Positions 62,349 through 64,000 of a stretch of 64,000 nt of DNA are shown one piece after another. The notes beneath the pieces were generated by a model. That model did not search any database. It was not told where the DNA came from and saw nothing but the letters and a program-made list of their open reading frames with translations. The DNA is from Hyphomonadaceae bacterium (GTDB lineage: Bacteria; Pseudomonadota; Alphaproteobacteria; Caulobacterales; Hyphomonadaceae), in NCBI GenBank assembly GCA_022844475.1, contig JALHLR010000004.1, positions 9,004 to 73,003 of the forward strand, given 5' to 3'. Position 1 is the stretch's first letter. Every line of letters begins with the position of its first letter. Position numbers and translations under genes: made by a program.

Positions 62349-63211
62349 GCGTTGGCCCTGTCCTTAGCAATCAATGCCGCCCGCCTTGCCAGCACGCAGG
62401 CAACCTTCGTCCGATATTCCGCCGTCCCGCGCTTGTCGCTGATCGGCCTGCACGCCGCCGAGACCGCCGCTTCCATCTTCGCCAGCGCCGCATCATCGAG
62501 CGTTGTTCCAACCAGCGCCACACCCGCGGCCTCGACAAGCAGGCACGTCGGCGCCACGGCGCCTACGCTCACGCGCGCAGCGTTGCAAACGCCCCCCGCA
62601 TCCAGCGTCAGGCTAACGCCGACGCCAACAACAGCGATGTCCATCTCCGTCCGAGGGATCAGTCGCAGATACGCATCGCTCGACCGCGCCGGTCTTGGGG
62701 GCAACCTGAACGCCAACAAAATCTCGTCGGCGGCCAGCGTCGTCTTGCCCGGTCCAGCCTGCACCTTCTCGACCTGAACCTCGCGCGCGCCGGCGGGTCC
62801 TTCGATGATGCAAACAGCACCCGCTGCGATCAGCGCCGGAACACCGTCCGCAGCCGGAGACGCATTGCAGAGATTGCCGCCAAGACTTGCCCGGCCCTGA
62901 ACCTGCGTCGACCCGATCAGATTCGCCGCCTCGATCACACCAGGCCATGCCGCCTTAAGCGCCTCATGCTCGCCCAGGGCCGCGCCCGAGGTAGCGGCGC
63001 CGATCACGAACCCGCCGCCCTCGCCGCGAATGCCCATGAGTCCGGGAATGCGCTTGAGATCGATCACGACCTCCGGCTTCGCCCGCCCGCCGCGCATCTG
63101 CACCAGAAGGTCCGTGCCGCCGGCCATCAGTCGCGCCGAACCCGCCGATGCGCGCAGCGCGCTTACGGCATCGGCAACACTTGCAGGCGCGAGATAATCG
63201 ACACCACTCAA
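62345..63211 (-). CDS. FAD-binding molybdopterin dehydrogenase medium subunit (CoxM-like)
   Basis: LMAGGTDLLVQM and later RGTAEYR motifs. ATGA overlap with the small subunit. Confidence 0.88.
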   Translation of the reverse strand: MSGVDYLAPASVADAVSALRASAGSARLMAGGTDLLVQMRGGRAKPEVVIDLKRIPGLMGIRGEGGGFVIGAATSGAALGEHEALKAAWPGVIEAANLIGSTQVQGRASLGGNLCNASPAADGVPALIAAGAVCIIEGPAGAREVQVEKVQAGPGKTTLAADEILLAFRLPPRPARSSDAYLRLIPRTEMDIAVVGVGVSLTLDAGGVCNAARVSVGAVAPTCLLVEAAGVALVGTTLDDAALAKMEAAVSAACRPISDKRGTAEYRTKVACVLARRAALIAKDRANA

Positions 63212-63254
63212 ATTGCGCTCCAGTTCAGGCCTAGCGCACTATGTGAGCGAACGC

Positions 63255-64000
63255 TCAGTAGAGCAAGTACGGCTTCCGCGCGGCGATCCAGGCCCGCTCA
63301 TCCGGCACCGTGATCGCATCCAGATCGGCTGCCGTGCTGTTTGGATCATCAACCCATTCGCGCAATTGCTTGCTGCCATTGATCACGTCGATCGCCAGCT
63401 CGCCATTCGTGTACTCGTACTTGAAGTCGAGTCCCCGCCAGAGCTCATACCGGGGATACACGCGACGGATCGCCTTGAAGCCCAGCGCCTGCACGCGCCA
63501 CGGCTTGAAGGCCTCGTGATCGTAGCTCGGATCCTCCGTGTGGATCTGCACGCCATTGCACAGCTGTTTCATGTGCTTGTGGAACGTCGGTTCGAACCAG
63601 CAATCGCGCAGCCTGCACCCATTCAGCCACTCCGGCGCAAACGCCTGCATCTCGGCGATCACCCGCTTCGCATCGATGTCCGGCGCGCCGAACAACTCAA
63701 GCGGCCGCGTCGTTCCGCGCCCTTCGGAAAGCGTCGCGCCCTCGATCATGACGGTCCCGGCATAGGCCCGCGCCATCCAGAGGTTCGGGGCATTCGGGCT
63801 CGGGTTCACCCAGGTCCGCTCATACAGCGGCCAGCCAAAGCCGGGGCCTTCATCCGGGCGATAGCCTTCCATCTCGATCACGCGGTACTTCACATCGAGC
63901 TTAAAGTGAGCGATGAACCACTTGCCCAGCTCGCCCAGCGTCAGCCCGTGCCGCATCGGTATCGGTCCGGCGCCAACGAAGCTTTCCCATCCGGCATGCA
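63255..64000 (-). CDS. DUF1343-family protein (NamZ-like exo-beta-N-acetylmuramidase), C-terminal part; N-terminus outside window
   Basis: Frame stays open to the window edge (...HAGWESFVGAGPIPMRHGLTLGEL...). LSEGRGTTRPLELFGAP motif as I recall for DUF1343. Confidence 0.75.
   Translation of the reverse strand, partial: HAGWESFVGAGPIPMRHGLTLGELGKWFIAHFKLDVKYRVIEMEGYRPDEGPGFGWPLYERTWVNPSPNAPNLWMARAYAGTVMIEGATLSEGRGTTRPLELFGAPDIDAKRVIAEMQAFAPEWLNGCRLRDCWFEPTFHKHMKQLCNGVQIHTEDPSYDHEAFKPWRVQALGFKAIRRVYPRYELWRGLDFKYEYTNGELAIDVINGSKQLREWVDDPNSTAADLDAITVPDERAWIAARKPYLLY

Noticed and set aside
59593-63211. Possible aerobic carbon monoxide dehydrogenase (coxMSL).
   Set aside because: The gene order resembles coxMSL. 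However, the large subunit shows AAYRAPGAP rather than the CODH active-site loop (AYxCSFR for form I, AYRGAGR for form II) as I recall them. No coxD/E/F/G accessory genes are present. It is called only as a generic xanthine-dehydrogenase-family hydroxylase.
61850-63313. 487-aa plus-strand ORF across the Mo-hydroxylase small and medium subunits. Other long alternative-frame ORFs are 4991-6247, 6906-7910, 22085-23236, 23403-24419, 27025-28023, 43809-44822 and 46414-47505.
   Set aside because: Each overlaps a gene with clear family motifs on the other strand or in another frame. Their compositions (R/P/A/S-rich) are characteristic of non-coding frames in GC-rich genomes.

Overview
High-GC (about 60-65% by eye) chromosomal core segment. 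Gene content and order (tig-clpP-clpX-lon, an Rrf2-led suf operon, ctaA next to a DUF2842 gene, TonB-dependent receptor, Caulobacter-like ClpX/ClpP N-termini) point to an alphaproteobacterium, possibly Caulobacterales/Hyphomonadaceae-like; this is inference. I call about 58 protein genes and one tRNA-Leu(UAG). Main blocks: a DEAD-box helicase 3' end, a GGDEF cyclase and an acyltransferase; an 11-gene suf Fe-S operon on the minus strand (4.1-12.8 kb); tyrS; two tandem DUF4139-type secreted proteins; an acyl-CoA synthetase; ctaA; two tandem beta-barrel OMP paralogs; a tightly coupled amphi-Trp/Gpx/NTF2-like/Gpx operon; a PlsC-type acyltransferase, a YghU-type GST, a cupin and an Atm1-type ABC exporter; LOG and DsbA-like genes; a TonB-dependent receptor; a TPR-Asp/Asn beta-hydroxylase; gltBD; nitronate monooxygenase; an FAD oxidoreductase; gltX; lon-clpX-clpP-tig; tRNA-Leu; and a CoxSML-type molybdenum hydroxylase with a MoaD/ThiS-like gene. 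I see no CRISPR array, transposase, integrase, phage genes or recognisable defence system, so the window looks mostly housekeeping. The observations most worth follow-up are: (1) a Tyr-codon-rich upstream ORF (AYYY) with alternative hairpins in the tyrS leader; (2) a cysteine-free Rrf2 regulator heading a suf operon that also carries three non-canonical genes (GGCT-like, GyrI-like, lipoprotein); (3) the amphi-Trp/Gpx/NTF2-like/Gpx operon inside a wider glutathione-themed neighbourhood; (4) a ubiquitin-like GG-terminal protein coupled to the molybdenum hydroxylase. All functional calls rest on motifs read from the supplied translations. No database search or RNA folding was possible. The many long ORFs antisense to or out of frame with real genes are treated as high-GC artefacts.
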